From the NCBI GenBank assembly GCA_030390025.1, contig CM059425.1, positions 176,640,001 through 176,704,000 on the forward strand: 64,000 nucleotides of DNA. Direction: 5' to 3'. Below are positions 38,453 to 51,798 of the stretch, piece after piece. Source of the stretch: Squalus acanthias. Lineage: Eukaryota. The translations under genes and the position numbers were made by a program. Numbering within the stretch: position 1 is the stretch's first letter; every line of letters starts with the position of its first letter. Under the pieces are notes generated by a model. The model saw nothing but the letters and a program-made list of their open reading frames with translations, ran no database searches and had not been told where the DNA came from.

Positions 38453-39798
38453 GGTTGCACCAGTGCACCCATGTCACCAGAAACGTGGCACCAGGCTCCT
38501 GCTGCTCTCCTCCCTCGCTACCTTCAACCACGCCTTCCTGGTGTCAGCTGCAGGATTCTTCCTCCCGTTGGTAGGAAACAGTATTTCTCTCCTTCTCCTC
38601 ACAGCCCCCAGCAGCTCATCCAGGAAGGCGTCAGTGAAACGAGATGCAGCCGTTGCCCATCTGGACTCCATTCTGACTCGCGCTTCCCTTTTTTCCCCAA
38701 CTACAAACTCCTCCAGCTTGTATCTTTGGAGTGTCCCTTTAAATACTGGAGTTGAAATCGCGTCATGCGGGTCCACGTCTCACCTGCTGCCGCTGATTGG
38801 ACGGGAAACCAGAAGTAAAATTATAATGAGGTGGCTGAGTTAAAAACCCACTTACTTCCGGGTTACCCGCGTGCTCGGGAGTAGTTGAGGCAAATAGTAA
38901 AGATGCATTTAAGGCGAGGCTAGATAAGCATATGAGGGAGAAGGGAATAGAAGGTTATGCTGATAGAGTTAGATAAGGAAGGATGGGAGGAGGCTCGAGT
39001 GGAGCATAAATGCTGGCACGGACTGATTTGGCCAAATGGTCTGTTTCTGTGCTGTCTTTCTATGTAATTCTATGTAATAGTCACAGGATCATAAGCTAAT
39101 TTTTTTTGGTGCGTGGTCCCTTTAAATTTGCTGTGCAGCCAGCGGCAGCAGCTGGAGAGCGGCCTGTGCGGGACCTCCCGATTGGTGTGCGACCGCATGC
39201 CCACGCACCTTAGGGGGAACATTGGGCAGAATGCATGTTTGAGGTACTAAATGAGTACTTTGCTTCAGTGTTTACCAAGGAAGAGGACTTTTCCAAAGCT
39301 ACGGTAAACGTGGAGGTTGTTGGGATACTGGATGAATTAAAAATAGATAAAGAAGAGGTTTTAGACAGGCTGGCAGTATTTAAAGTTGATAAGTCACCTG
39401 GTCTGGATGGGATGCATCCAAGGTTGCTGAGGGAAGTATGGGTAGAAATTGTGGAGGTGCTGACCACAATCTTCCAATCCTCCTTAGATACAGGGGTGGT
39501 GTCAGAGGACTGGAGGATTGCAAATGTTACACCCTTGTTCAAACGAGAAGGATAAACCTGGCAATTACAGGCCAGTCAGTTTACATTGGTGGTGGGGAAG
39601 CTTTTAGAAACAATAACCCGGGAGAAAATTAACAGCCACTTGGACAAGTATGGACTAGTAAAGGAAAGCCAGCACGGATTTGTTAAGGGCAAATCATGTT
39701 TGACTAATTTGATTGAGCTTTTTGATGACAGAGTGGGTGGATGAGGGCAGTGCAGTTGATGTTGTGTATGGACTTTAAAAAGCTGTTTAATAAAGTAC

Positions 39799-40809
39799 TG
39801 TAACCGGTTTTTGCGGTGGCCAATTTCCTATGGCCCCTGCCGCAATCGCCAATTATTGTAAGTGGTTTCGCCCCACCCGTAGCGAGCACGCAAACCCCCA
39901 TACTACAAGTTCTGGACGATAGGGATTACTGAGGAGAGATTGGAACATGGACAGCGTTTTCGGGCTCACCCATACAGTGTTTATTAAGGTTGACGAAAAC
40001 CACTCCACTCGCATACAGTATGAGCGGTGTGAAGCACAACAGTACAGTTTAAAACAGTACAACCCTGACTTGTCCAACAAGCCCCTGCTGTGCTGACTTA
40101 CCACGGCCTAAAAACACCCTCCCGTGAAGTAAACTTTCACAGGACCCTTCCAACGCTAAACCACCTCTGGTTTGGTAGGAACATACAGGCACCCCCTCAC
40201 ACAGCTAAGTGATCTTGTGGGTGTGTAGGCTTGGCAATGCTCACCTAGATTGCCCTTTTGATCTTGCTTGCAGCTTCCTCCCATACGTCTCGGCTACCTG
40301 GTTCCGTACCGGCCTTGCGGCATGCGAGTCCCAGCCTTAGTCGAAGTCCGTCTCGGTTGGAAGAGCAAGGCTCAGCTCTTCTTGACGTTCCGTTGTGTGG
40401 AGGGCAGGAGAGAGAGAGAGAGAGAGCTATCCAAACTGCTCTCTGATATACCCCTCCAATACACAGACCGCTGTCTGTGGTTTTAATGGACACATGGCCT
40501 CAGGCAAATGGTTTCCAAGCTTCCTCCCAGATTTTGAATGGTTTTCGATCTTCCAGCCGATTAACTTAACGAGCTCATCTTGACCAGAAACAATGAGTCG
40601 TCAGCCTTGTTAATCAAGACTTGGGAGTGGGCCTCTTGGGCCATTGTTCCCAAGGACAGTTCGTTTCCATACGAATGCAACCTGGTTTATGTGAGTCACC
40701 TCCAGCTTGAGTGGTTTTTTTCACTGCTTCCCCCCCCCCAAGCAGCCTGTCCAGTTTTTAATAAGGGTTCATAATCTAAAAATCCATGGAGTCTGCGCCG
40801 ACTGCTACA
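39799..40809 (-). mobile_element. Solo LTR (Gypsy- or ERV-type)
   Basis: TGTAAC...GCTACA termini. 4-bp TSD GTAC inside the CR1 FNKVPH motif. Minus-strand TATA-like (~40447) and AATAAA (~39981). Confidence 0.85.
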
Positions 40810-40905
40810 GTACCACATAATAGGCTTGTTAGCAAAATTGAAGCCCCTGGGGTAAAAGGGGCAGTAGCAACATGGATACAAAATTAGCTAAGGAATAGAA
40901 AGTAG

Positions 40906-41006
40906 TTCTGATGAAAGGTCATCGACCTGAAACGTTAACTCTCTTTCTCTCTCCACGGATGCTGCCTGGCCTGCTGAGTTTTTCCAGCGTTTTCTGTTGT
41001 TATTTC
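40906..41006 (+). mobile_element. Short Penelope-like insertion (P2) with hammerhead ribozyme (40904-40940)
   Basis: 13-bp TSD GAATAGAAAGTAG. GUU CUGAUGA AAGGUC auc GACCU GAAAC GUU AAC. Confidence 0.85.
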
Positions 41007-41457
41007 GAATAGAAAGTAGAGTTGTGGTGAATGGCTGTTTTTTGAACTGGAGGGAGATATACAGTTGTGTTTCCCCAGGGTTCAGTACTAGGACCACTGC
41101 TGTTTTTGATATACATTAATGACTTGGACTTGGGGGTGCAACTTCAGAATTTGCAGATGACACAAAAATTGGAAGTGTAGTGAACAGTGAGGAAGATAGT
41201 GATAGACATCAAGAGGACATAGACAGGCTGGTGGAATGGGCGGACAAATGGCAAATGAAATTCAACGCAGAAAGGTGTGAGGTGATACATTTTGGTAGGA
41301 AGAATGAAAAGAGACAAAACAAGCTAAATGGTACAATTTTAAAGGGGATGGAAGAACAGAGAGACCTGGGGGTGTTAGTGAACAAATCCTTGAAGGTGGC
41401 AGACAGGTTAACAAAGCAGTTAATAAAGCGTATGGTATCCTGGGCTTTATAAATAGA

Positions 41458-41551
41458 AATGAGAAGTCGCACAACACCAGGTTATAGTCCAACAGTTTTA
41501 TTTGAAATCACAAGCTTTCGGAGCTGTCGATCGCCCCTTCCTCAGGTGAAG
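41458..41551 (-). mobile_element. Short Penelope-like insertion (P1) with hammerhead motif (41509-41548)
   Basis: TSD TTTATAAATAGA. rc CAC CUGAGGA aGGGGC...GCUCC GAAA GCUU GUG. Confidence 0.8.
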
Positions 41552-43767
41552 TTTATAAATAGAGGCATAGAGCACAAAAGCTAAACCAATATAAAACACT
41601 AGTTCGGCCCCAGCTGGAGTATTTTGTCCAATTCTGGGCACCAAACTTCAGGAAGGACATGAAGGCTTTGGAGAGGGTACAGAGAGATTTACTAGAATGG
41701 CTCCAGGGATGAGGGATTACAGTTACATGGATAGACTGGAGAAGTTGGGGTTGTTCTCCTTAGAGCAGAGAAGGCTAAGAGGAGATCTGATAGAGGTGTT
41801 TAAAATCATGAAGGATTTAGATAGAGTAAATAAAGAGAAACAGTTTCCAATGGCTGAAGGGTTAATAAACAGAGGGCACACATTTACAGTGATTGGCAAA
41901 AGAACCAGAGGCAACATGAGGAAAAAAAATTTTACGCAATGAGTGGTTAGGATTTGGAATGCACTGCCTGATAGGGTGGTGGACACAGATTCAATAGTAG
42001 CCTTGAAAAGGGATTGGATAAATACTTGAAGGAGAAAAAACTGCAGCAATATGGGGAAAGAGCGGGGGAGTGGGACTAACTTCGAAAGAGCCGTCGCAGA
42101 CTTGATTAACCGAATGGCCTCCTTCTGGGCTGTACTATTCTATGATTCTACAATTGTATGATTGGCACTCGAGTGGGTTAGATCATGAGGCAAATGGATC
42201 TGCAGACGGTGAAAGACCCAGCACGAGTGAACAGCAGCAGGTACTGGTGGCAGGGAGAGCCCACCGGCGGACGCATTCCTCTCCCAGCTCTGCTGAGCAG
42301 GACAGAGATGACGACTACAGGGGTCCAGCCACAAAAAGAAAACTGAATGCTTCTCACAAGACATTGTACAACGTATTGGAAAATCTTTCAAGAAGCTTCA
42401 GCACTACGGCTGAAAGTGTGGAGAAGTCCACGGTGTCATCTCACATGGCATCAGCACTCTGCAGTCTACTGTGGAGAGTGTTGGGTCACCTTCACCGACA
42501 CTGCAACCGGGCCCTCACAAAATGTGCCCGTGTCACCAGCCTTTGCAGACTCTGGGCTCCATCTTGGAAAGACACGTATCCAGCTTGGAGAGATTGGTGG
42601 ACCAAATAGACAGGGGCTTTGAAGGAGTCACTCATCTTCTGCAGTCAGCTTTCCCGCAGATCAGTGGAAGTGATGAACCCTGGCCCCACAGGAATGGCGG
42701 TGGTGCTATGGGAGCAGACGTGTTGCCCTTTCTCAGGATGTCAGCTCCTTCCCCACACTCCCCACAACTAAAACCCACCATGGGGCCAGTACATCAGCTT
42801 GGTCAGACTGATCCTGCAGCATCCGAGTTACAGCAGTCTATGGTCGGGCCCTCACAGGCTCGAGCATCTCAAGGGACCCAACATGAGGAACAATCTTCCA
42901 CCGACTTTGTTGAGGCCACAAAGGGAATACCTCAGAGGACTAGTAGACTTAGGAAAGCTTCTTATAAGAAAGGCACCACGGGTTGACATTTGGGTGAGAA
43001 ATGAATGGAAAGCAAGTATTATGTTGGGAATTAAATTCATCACCTTTATCACATTTGGCACTTTGGACTGCAGTGTGGTTTAATAGAAGCTTCTGAGTCT
43101 GCATTGTTAGTATGTCATTGATTGTTCTTTAATGCAGGACTAAGGGAGTGGTGAAGGATGTAACAAGGACTGTTAAGTAGAGGTGCTCTGTATACATTTT
43201 CAGGAGAAGGGAATGAGCAAGTCAGTGGAATTAACTGATCCCTCAAATCTCTTGCTGCAAGGCATTGAGCTGGCCCTCCTTCTTCTGCTTCCTCACCTTC
43301 CTCCTGGTCTTCCTTGTCCGATGAGGTCTGATACTGCTTCTCTGCCTCCTCCAAATGCAGGCTTCACTATATGGCGAGGTTGTGCAGGATGCAGCAGACC
43401 ATTCCGATGCACTGGACTCTTTCTGGGGCATATTGTAGGGAGGCCCCAAACCTATTGAGACACCTGAATCTCTGCTTCAGCATCCCTAGAGTGTGCTCAA
43501 TAATCATCCTGGTGGTCCCTGGCTTTTATTATACCTGTGTTCCTTAGGCGTGGTGGGGATGTGGAGGGGTGTCATGGAGGTATCACCAGCCATGTATGTA
43601 GAGGGTATCCCTTGTCCCCCATCAGCCATCCTGTCACGTTCCTGGCAGGGTCAAATACTTGGGAAATGGTGCACTATTGCAGGAAAAATGCGTTGTGAAG
43701 GATACCGTGCACCAACCTGCATGATCCTTGTTCTGTGAGTGAACACTACCTGGACATTAATGGAGTG

Positions 43768-44265
43768 AGCTCGAGGAACAGCACCTCATCTTTCGTTTAG
43801 GCACGCTACAGCCCTCTGGACTCAATATCGAGTTCAACAATTTTAGATCATAACCTCAGCTCCAATCACATTTATATTTTATTTTATCCACCCTTTTATT
43901 TGTCCCCCCCCACCTTTTTTTTTCCTCCTAGAAGCTGGCAGCTGTCCTTCATTCTGCCAGTGGATTTCACACTTCATTCAGCCTTAATCTGTCACATTAA
44001 CACCACCTCTAGCCTTGCATATCTCTTAATGTCTCTATGTCTCTTCATCTCCCCCTTTGTTCCTTTATCCCCTCCCCCTTTTCCCAGCTTTACCCTGGCC
44101 TTAAATCTATTTGATTTCCGGCTCTTCCCAGTTCTGATGAAAGGTCATCGACCTGAAACGTTAACTCTCTTTCTCTCTCCACGGATGCTGCCTGGCCTGC
44201 TGAGTTTTTCCAGCGTTTTCTGTTGTTATTTCGGATTTCCAGCATCCGCAGTATTTTGCTATCGT
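43768..44265 (+). mobile_element. Penelope-like element 3' fragment (P2): ORF C-terminus plus pseudo-LTR with hammerhead
   Basis: 43770-43853 encodes LEEQHLIFRLGTLQPSGLNIEFNNFRS*, the end of a GIY-YIG domain. 12-bp TSD ATTAATGGAGTG. Confidence 0.88.
44130..44166 (+). ncRNA. Minimal type I hammerhead ribozyme
   Basis: AGUU CUGAUGA a AGGUC auc GACCU GAAA CG UU^AACU. Helix I AGUU/AACU. Predicted cleavage after 44162. Confidence 0.85.
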
Positions 44266-45949
44266 ATTAATGGAGTGGTAGCCTTTCTTATTGACGAATG
44301 CTGCTGGCTGGTATTCTGGTGCCCTGATGGCAACACCTGTGGAATCAATGATGCTGTGGATGCAAGGGAAGCCAGCTACTGCTGCAAATCCCTGAGCGTC
44401 TACAGTTGGCTTTTGTGGTCAATGGGGAAGGTGATGTACTGCTCAGCTCTAGTGAACAGAGGGTTAATGCAGCTGTGTACTGCAAACTGGGAGATGTGGC
44501 TGTTGTTCACCATAGCAGACTGGAAAGAGCCAGTGGCAAAGATGTTAAGGGCTGTGGTGAATTTGACAGCCCTGAGCACACATGGCCCCCGATGCAGCAA
44601 GCAGCAGGTCCTGTTGCAGGAGGCTGCAGAGGTCTGCAAGAGCCAGCCTGGTGAAGCACAGCCTCCTGATGCACCGCTCCTCAGATAGCTCTGAGAAAGT
44701 GGCTCTTGGCCTGTGCACCCTGTGGCTGGGTATGGCCTCTTACGAGAAGCCCCCCTCCCCCCCACCTTCTATCTTTGATAGGCCTACTTCTGCTGGTGTT
44801 GGTTGCTAACGCAGCTGCTGCTGCTCTTCTTTCTCCAACTGTTCCTCCATCCAAATAAAACTGGCAATAGTAGCACCCAGTATAAGCAGATAAAGCTTAC
44901 CGTGGATAATAAGGCAGAAAAGGCGAGAAAGAAGTGATCTGGAAGCTAGAAACTCTCCTGGTAATCCAAATAGCACAGAGAATCTGTGATCCAATTACCT
45001 GCAGGTGAGTGCCCTTTAAATACTGCTTCAGTGACTCTCAGAGATCAATCCTGCCAGGTTTCACTGGTGGGTTGGGCATTGAGGTAATACTTCCGCGATT
45101 TGTGGCTAAAATGGCGACAGGATTGCGTCATAGGACTCCGATTTCCATAATTTCCTGAGGCCCCCACCTGCCTGTAGTTGGCACCTCAGATGATTCTGAA
45201 AAGTGCGCGATTAAAATGGTAATTGATGGGTGCTGGTCGGGAATGTAGCGGTAAAGTACTCTCCCACTATTTTAACCACTTGCCTGCCCCATTCCTGTGG
45301 GGTGGGCAGGGATAAAATCGGGCTTTGTATATCAAAAAGAAGGAAATATTAAGGAAAGCTGACCCACAGTGTCAAACATTTTAGAATTGCCCATCTCTCT
45401 ATTAAGGTTCATGGTTTTTTGATTCGGACAAGATAATCGCACTGTACAAGGCTAGGGATACAAGCCTATAATCAGCCTTCTGTTCAGTTGTGCTATAATT
45501 GTCCCAAATGAAACAGTCAATTCAGCACTTTGTTTCCTTCTTTAATGTGCATCAGTCACACCCCATAAGCCATGAACAAGCCACAACCTTTAGGAATCAG
45601 ATGAAGAAAGGAGGATTTTGCTTCCGTAAACACAATTCAATGGGTACATTAGTACAATGACTAACCCCATCAGTGTCTTCAATCGGAAACAGTCTCTGTA
45701 TTGCTTTGTGAGCTGTGGAGTTGCCATCAAATTATTTTGGTAGTTTTTCCTTGCAGGGTAATAGGAAGTTACTGGGCATCAGCTTTTTTGTTGTTAAAGG
45801 ATGGACCAAGGATTCCCTAAGTCACCTTCCCCTCCTCTCCCCTCACACTTGCTAACTGATCATAAAAACTGAACTGAGAGATGCGTAGTAAGAGAAAATA
45901 TGGCACTAAGTTGCGAAATCACATGCACCTGACTCTGGCTATTTTAAAG

Positions 45950-46425
45950 ATGATACCAGAACGAGAGGTTATAACCATCAGGAAGGACTGAACAGACTGG
46001 GAATCCTTTCTCTAGAAAGGAGTGGGCTGAGGGGTGACCTGGTGGAAGTCTTTAGAATTATGAGGGGATTTGATGGGGTAGATGTAGAGAGGCTGTTTCC
46101 ACTTGTGGGGAATCCAAAACTAGGGGATCATAGATATAAAATGGTCACTGATAAATCCAATAAGAAATTCAAGAGAAACTTCCTTACCCAGAGATGGTTA
46201 GAGTGTGAAACTCGCTACCACATGGAGTAGTTGAGGTGAATAGCTTTGATGCATTTAAGGGGAGTTAGATAAGTAGGTGAGGGAGAAAGGAATAGAAGGA
46301 TCTGCTGACAGGGTTAGATGATGTAGGGTTGGCGGAGGCTCGTGTGGAGCATAAACACCCGGCATAGACCAGGTAGGCCAAATGGCCCATTTCTGTGCTA
46401 TAAAATCTATGTAATTCTATGTAAT
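45950..46425 (+). mobile_element. CR1 3' fragment
   Basis: LRGDLVEVFRIMRGFD...RNFLTQR and (tatgtaattc) tail. Confidence 0.75.
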
Positions 46426-47084
46426 ATATAATTGGACCAAGATTTATTCAGCTAAATTTGGATTTCTTGGATTTTTTGCCGAGAATTCCAAACATGCACC
46501 TATCTCAGAATTTGCAGCGAAGCATAGGTGGTCCAGAGCTGCTTGCTGTACCGCAGAAAAATCCATGTGGGTTTGTGCTAACAGGGCCCTACATAGAGAT
46601 TTTCTGGTCTGATTTATGTTGCCAGATGGAGGCACCAATCAAAGATCAGCAATTTTCCCACAGGGAGTGAAAACTGGAGGGTGAGCCAACTTGAGCAGCT
46701 CTATCACAGATATAAGAAAATGATTGGGATCTGGTTTATGTCTAGTGATGTATTGTGATGCCTAATTTGGTTTTGGAATTGTCCCACGAAAACTAATTCA
46801 ATAAAAAAAGATCCATCCGCAGAGCAGCTATCAGTTTGAATTAAGTAGTGTTATAATTCATCAATTTTAAATAACCATTTTCACTTTCAATAGTTTAATG
46901 AGCAGATCTCATCTCCACAAACACTTAAGCTGTGCATTATACACAATCTGCCCTAGCAGAGATTATAAGACCTAAATCTTTAAATTAACTCACTGGCGAT
47001 AAATTACATGCTGGAATTCACATAGGCTCGTTTTATGTTTTCAATCTCCTCAAAGACTGTTTAGGCTAAAATAGCAAAGTCTTT

Positions 47085-47990
47085 GGGGCTGAATTTCCTC
47101 TCCTTATCACCCCGTTTGCATTGAAATACAGGGTGGTAGCGGGTGGAACATAAAACATTGGTTCCTCCCATCTGCTTACCCTTGTTTTTACAGCTGGTCT
47201 GATTTGCCTGGGGACTCCAATCCTGTCTGAAACAGGCCCGAGCCTCATGAATAAGTTCAAATCAGGATCAATTGAGCTGTTTTCTGACAAACTGCCCAAC
47301 TAGCACAGCTTTGCCTGTTGCAGTTAAAGTCATGCAGCCCTGAACATCTTTGCCTCTGGCATCTTCCAGACTGCCACAGACTGCCACCAGTAACCTCAGT
47401 CAGTCTGCAGTATATGCTTGTATTAAACAGGTGACTGATGCCTTATTTATTAGAACAATCACATTCATCATTTTCTCTATGGACATCCAGAAGGAACAGG
47501 ATAGGGCTCTGATTTCACACAGATTTCAGGATTTCCCCAATCTGGGAGGTAGAGCAAATAGAAGGTAGCATTGACTACTACCCATGTCACCCTGTAGACT
47601 CCTTCACAGAATGTAACTGCCTTCATGAATCTCAAGTGGTACCACTTTATTAATGTGCAGCTTGTGTGGGATGAACAGGGGCGTCCACATTTCCAACACT
47701 TGAAATGAAAGACAGGGTTAATGATTAGCTTTTAGTGTGAAGGGAGAGCAGAGAGAGATGAGTGGCTGCTGAAAGCAGCTGTGGTTTGTCATGCAGAGTG
47801 TGTGGGGTGAGTAAGAAGTGTGAAGGGAAAAAGAGAATAAGGTGTGAAGAAACCCTGTATGACGTCTCCTCCAGAGTTGCCACATGCCACGGCCATGACT
47901 CTCCCCATGCCCATGATGGCCAGCATGTTTTGTTCCAGAGGGGAAAGGGTGTGCAGGCGGACTCAACCTCCTCTGGGCTCAGCCTCCTGG
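47085..47990. mobile_element. Highly degraded Harbinger remnant
   Basis: LNIFASG, NLSQSAVYACIKQVTDALF, GSID.THV, HFINVQLV on +. SANT-like remnant on -. Confidence 0.6.
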
Positions 47991-48359
47991 AGGTTTTGTG
48001 CTCAAGTCCCTCGAAAGAACTTAAAAAGAAAGAGGGTACTAAAAGAATGGAAAGTATCTAATGTTGTTACAGTCTTCCAAAAAGGACAAAAGGATGATCA
48101 TGGGAATTAAAGGCATGCTAATTTAATATTTATAGTGGGGAAAGTACTGGACAGTACTACAAAGAAAACAATAGCATAACCAAGACCACAAGTGGATGAA
48201 TAAGGAGGTCAGACATAACCTAAAGGCTAAGAAGAATTTTTTTTAAAAATACATGCAAACAAAAATGAATGAGGACTGGGTGTCATACAAAAGTCTATTG
48301 AGGATAACTAAATAAGTAAGAGAAGGAAGAAAGCGCTAATAAAAGGTTAATAACAGCAC

Positions 48360-51300
48360 GGGCTAAAAATTGGATTGCCCCAAATTCGTGCTGCCTGCTA
48401 ATTAGAATGATTGTGGCATGCAGCCCAGCACTGAACGCGCTGCTGAGTGGCTGCACGCTCAGCAGGGAGCCCAAGGTCATGCGAGGCTAGCACCAATTAA
48501 AGCTAGCCTGCACTTCTTAAAAGTAGTCTGCACCTCTTAAAGGGGATGTGCATTCTGGCTGCAGTAGGTGATTCAACTGGCTGGGGAACAGAGTGTGAGC
48601 AGGAAGAAGAAGTACTGATGGCACAACAGGGGAGAGAGCGTGCTCCAAGATTCTCGGATGCGGCACTGGAGGCCTTGGTGCAGGAGGTGGTCAGGAGAGA
48701 GGTCCTGTTTCTACAGGGGGCCAGGAGGCCCTCCAGGCAAAATCAGAAAGGGCAATGGGAGCAGATAGCCATCGTGGTCAATGCCAGCAGTGTAGCCCTG
48801 AGGACCTGGATGCTGTGCCGCAAGACGTTTAATGACCTCACACAAGTGGTCAAGATCAGCGAATTAATCTTCAAATGCAATATCCTTACAACTGAACCAT
48901 GAGTTTCACATACTGCTCAATTCACCACCCCCCCATTCACTCACCTAACAACAATCTCTAACTATCACAACTCATACCTAACATTAATAGCTTCACCTCA
49001 CTCTCACACACATAGCACTGCTACAAGCCGCACACCCACATCTCACACAGACTGTCAGTTATTTAACCATGACAGGAACATCACCCAAACAGATTGTATG
49101 ACACACTTCCCTCTTTCTTGCAGGAGAAGGTGGCGCATAACAGATGCCAGCAGAGGCTACCCGAAGGGGCATGGGCATGCCTGCATAACCTTACCCTGGT
49201 GGAGGAGACAGTGCTGGCCATTCTTGGGAGGGACTTTGCTGAGCCCGTGGCCAGCTGCAGGGCTGAATCAATTGAATATGACGGTATCCTCATACCTAGT
49301 GATCCTTCTCACATCGCACTTCCCCCTCATCCCACAATCTCTTCTGATTTACAAACTGCAGATGGTGTAAGCATGCACCTTTGGCTTTCCACCCCTCCCC
49401 TCACCACAACCTTACCCTTGTGCCTTTCTCCTTTCAAAATAGCCAAGAACTCCAACCTGGTCAGTCACTGGTGGAGGAGCAGGAAATGCAAGAGGAAGAA
49501 GGCAGTGATGCAGAAGACACATCACCGTCACATGATTTCACACTCACAGCCACCAGCTCAGCTACTGACACTCCGCGTACTTTAGAGGATAGGTTAGACA
49601 CGGGATCTACACGTGGTGAGACACCGGGCATGCGTGGCCTGCAGCCAGGGCAGGGTAGCGCAGGTGACAGCTCCCTGGAGGGTGAGGTTGCACACGAGTT
49701 CTGCTGCACAGGACTCAGATGAGGACTTCGATGGGACAGCCCACGGAACAAAGCTGATGGGTATGCACAATGAAATGCTTGGCGCATTAGCAGGCCTGCC
49801 AGAAAGCCTGAATGCACTGTCAATGAGCATGGAGGAGTGCAGCTCCAACCTTACACAGGGCTTTGCACAGAGCTTGGAGCCCATCCTTTCCAGCATGGAA
49901 GATCCATTGGTGCACTTGTGGACCCAACTATCACACAGCATCTGATGGCTGATGTCTCAGCTTCCATTGCAGCACAAGCAGAAGCCACCCAACATCTGAG
50001 TGCTGAGGTGGAAGCTCAGACTGAAGACATTCAAACTCAGCTTACTGCCACACAAGCTCAGACTGCTGCCATCAAGGCTGCATTTACCAATGTGGAAAGG
50101 GGCTTGCAGGGTGTCACAGCAGTCCAGCAATCTGTCCTCCAGCAGATTACTAGGATTGCTGAGGCGCTGCCTGGGGAAGTGGCAGTGGCTCTGTGGAGCA
50201 CGAATCTGCTTTCCTCTCTCAGAATGACAGCATTCCTCCTCCCACCACTGCCACTCTGCCACTCTGCCAGTGCCCTTGCTGTTGCCTGTCAGCCAGCCAG
50301 CCCAGACTGCTGCCACCCGTGCCAAGGCGGTGCAGTCCAAAGCCGAACTTACTAGGCCCAGAGCTGTTCGAGGTCATCCTGCAAGGTCATCTGCAGTCTC
50401 CCCCATTGAAATTCAGCAGCCTTCCACCAACCATGCTGCAGCCACTGGGGTAGCACTTCGTAGGAGCACTAAGACAGGCAAAGGCACATGGAACACAGGC
50501 ACTAAGGGAATGCACAAGGTTGATTAGTTGACTTTTGAATGAAATATTGTCATGGTTTGATTCATAAAATTGGTTTGGAATTTTTTTTTTGTGTTGGCTT
50601 TTATTGTAGTATTTTGGCCAAGAGGATGCTGTGATGGTCTGTAACAGAGGGAAGGTAAGTTGTGGGACTATTGTTTAATGTAGAATTGGGGTTGTGTTCT
50701 CTGGTACCAAAGTCGGATGAATTGATCACGGACAGCCCGGGCAGAAAGGGGCTGTCTGGGTTGCCTTCTCCTTTCTGCTTCCTCCTCTTCCGCTTCTTCC
50801 TCCTCCTCCTCCTCCTCTTCCTCTTTCTTCCTCCTGCTCCTCCTCAGCTAGTCACCGTATGCCTGGAAGCAAGGGCTGTGCCCTCGAGATGGCAAGGTTG
50901 TGGAGCATGCAACACACCACCACGAATCTTGAGATGTGCTCTGGTTAGTACTGCAGGGCTCCTCCAGAGAGGTCCAGGCAGCAAAAGCATTGTTTAAGGA
51001 AGCCTATGGTCTGCTCTATCAGATTCTGTATGGTAGCATGGCTTCGTTATATGCATGCGACCCACATGTACATGGGTTGTGCAAAGGAGTCATGAGCCAG
51101 GTGAGGTTGAGGTAGGAGACTTGCTCTCTGTACATCCTGGCTTGATATGGCCTCCTGCTGAGAGCCCTTCTCCCCCTCCTCCTCCTACCTCTTCTAGCAG
51201 CTTGTCCTGCTCTGTGTCACATCTGCTCATTCTCCATGTCATGCTGCAGGCCAACGTGGATACAAACTACTTTAACCATGTCTGGGAGCAACTGATCTGA

Positions 51301-51653
51301 GCAGACTCTTTGCAATCAATACTAAGTTCTTGAGCATATGTCACACTACTTCTTGATGATCCCTTTAAATAGCGCTGGTGGGGAGTTCTTCCTTCTGCTG
51401 AATGCATGTTCAGCTGTGCAAGGTTAAGAGAGGGTGTTAGCTCCAACGTTGAGGTCATAAATGGCAGTGTTGGCGTCAAATCAGCGTTACTTATGGTGCA
51501 CGCACCCAGCGCCAACGTTAACGCCCTCACCAAAATGGCACCTGGCGCCACCCGCACCAGAAGTGTGCACGTGTTGCTTGGACGCCATTTTCAAACCAAA
51601 ATGGCACCCGTAATGCGCAAACAACAGGCATTGCACGACTGACTTTTTTGCCC
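48360..51653. mobile_element. Harbinger element with largely deleted transposase
   Basis: TIRs GGGCTAAAAATT / GGGCAAAAAAGT (rc), flanks CAC/CAA. Same family as 21579-25871. Confidence 0.85.
48618..50527 (+). pseudogene. Harbinger Myb/SANT-like protein, three exons
   Basis: MAQQGRERAPRFSDAALEALVQEVVRREVLF...WEQIA..VNA...RTWMLCRKTFNDL. Exon 2 EKVAHNR...LTLVEETVLAILG. Ends TKGMHKVD*. Confidence 0.85.
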
Positions 51654-51798
51654 CAACAATTGTTTTAACTATGGACAAAGCAGGTAGGGTGTTAAAGCCC
51701 TTTAAGGGATAAGGGGGTAGAAATATTAATTATGGTTGAGTCAGGAAATGGCAGTTGTGTTAAATGAATTCCTCACAACAGGCATCATTATAAAAGCT

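Larger units (their letters stand above)
36032..38878. mobile_element. Harbinger element of a second family (right TIR lost)
   Basis: Left TIR GGGCTGAATTTT. Transposase on +. SANT exon-1 remnant on - (ASRFTDAFLDELLGAVRRRREILFPTNGRKNP..TRKAWLKVA). Confidence 0.8.
39228..42145 (+). mobile_element. 5'-truncated CR1 ORF2 plus tail, interrupted by a solo LTR and two Penelope-like inserts
   Basis: LNEYFASVFT, KSPGLDGMHPR, EDWRIANVTPLFK, QHGF..GKSCLTNL, FADDTK, WQMKFN motifs. Confidence 0.88.
42160..45325. mobile_element. Older Harbinger element (left end lost)
   Basis: Myb-like 3' part on + (to 42986). Transposase on - (~44880-43232; VKFTTALNIFATGSFQ, NKKGYHSINVQ, TLGMLKQRFRCL). TIR-like taaaatcgggct at the right end. 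Confidence 0.75.
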
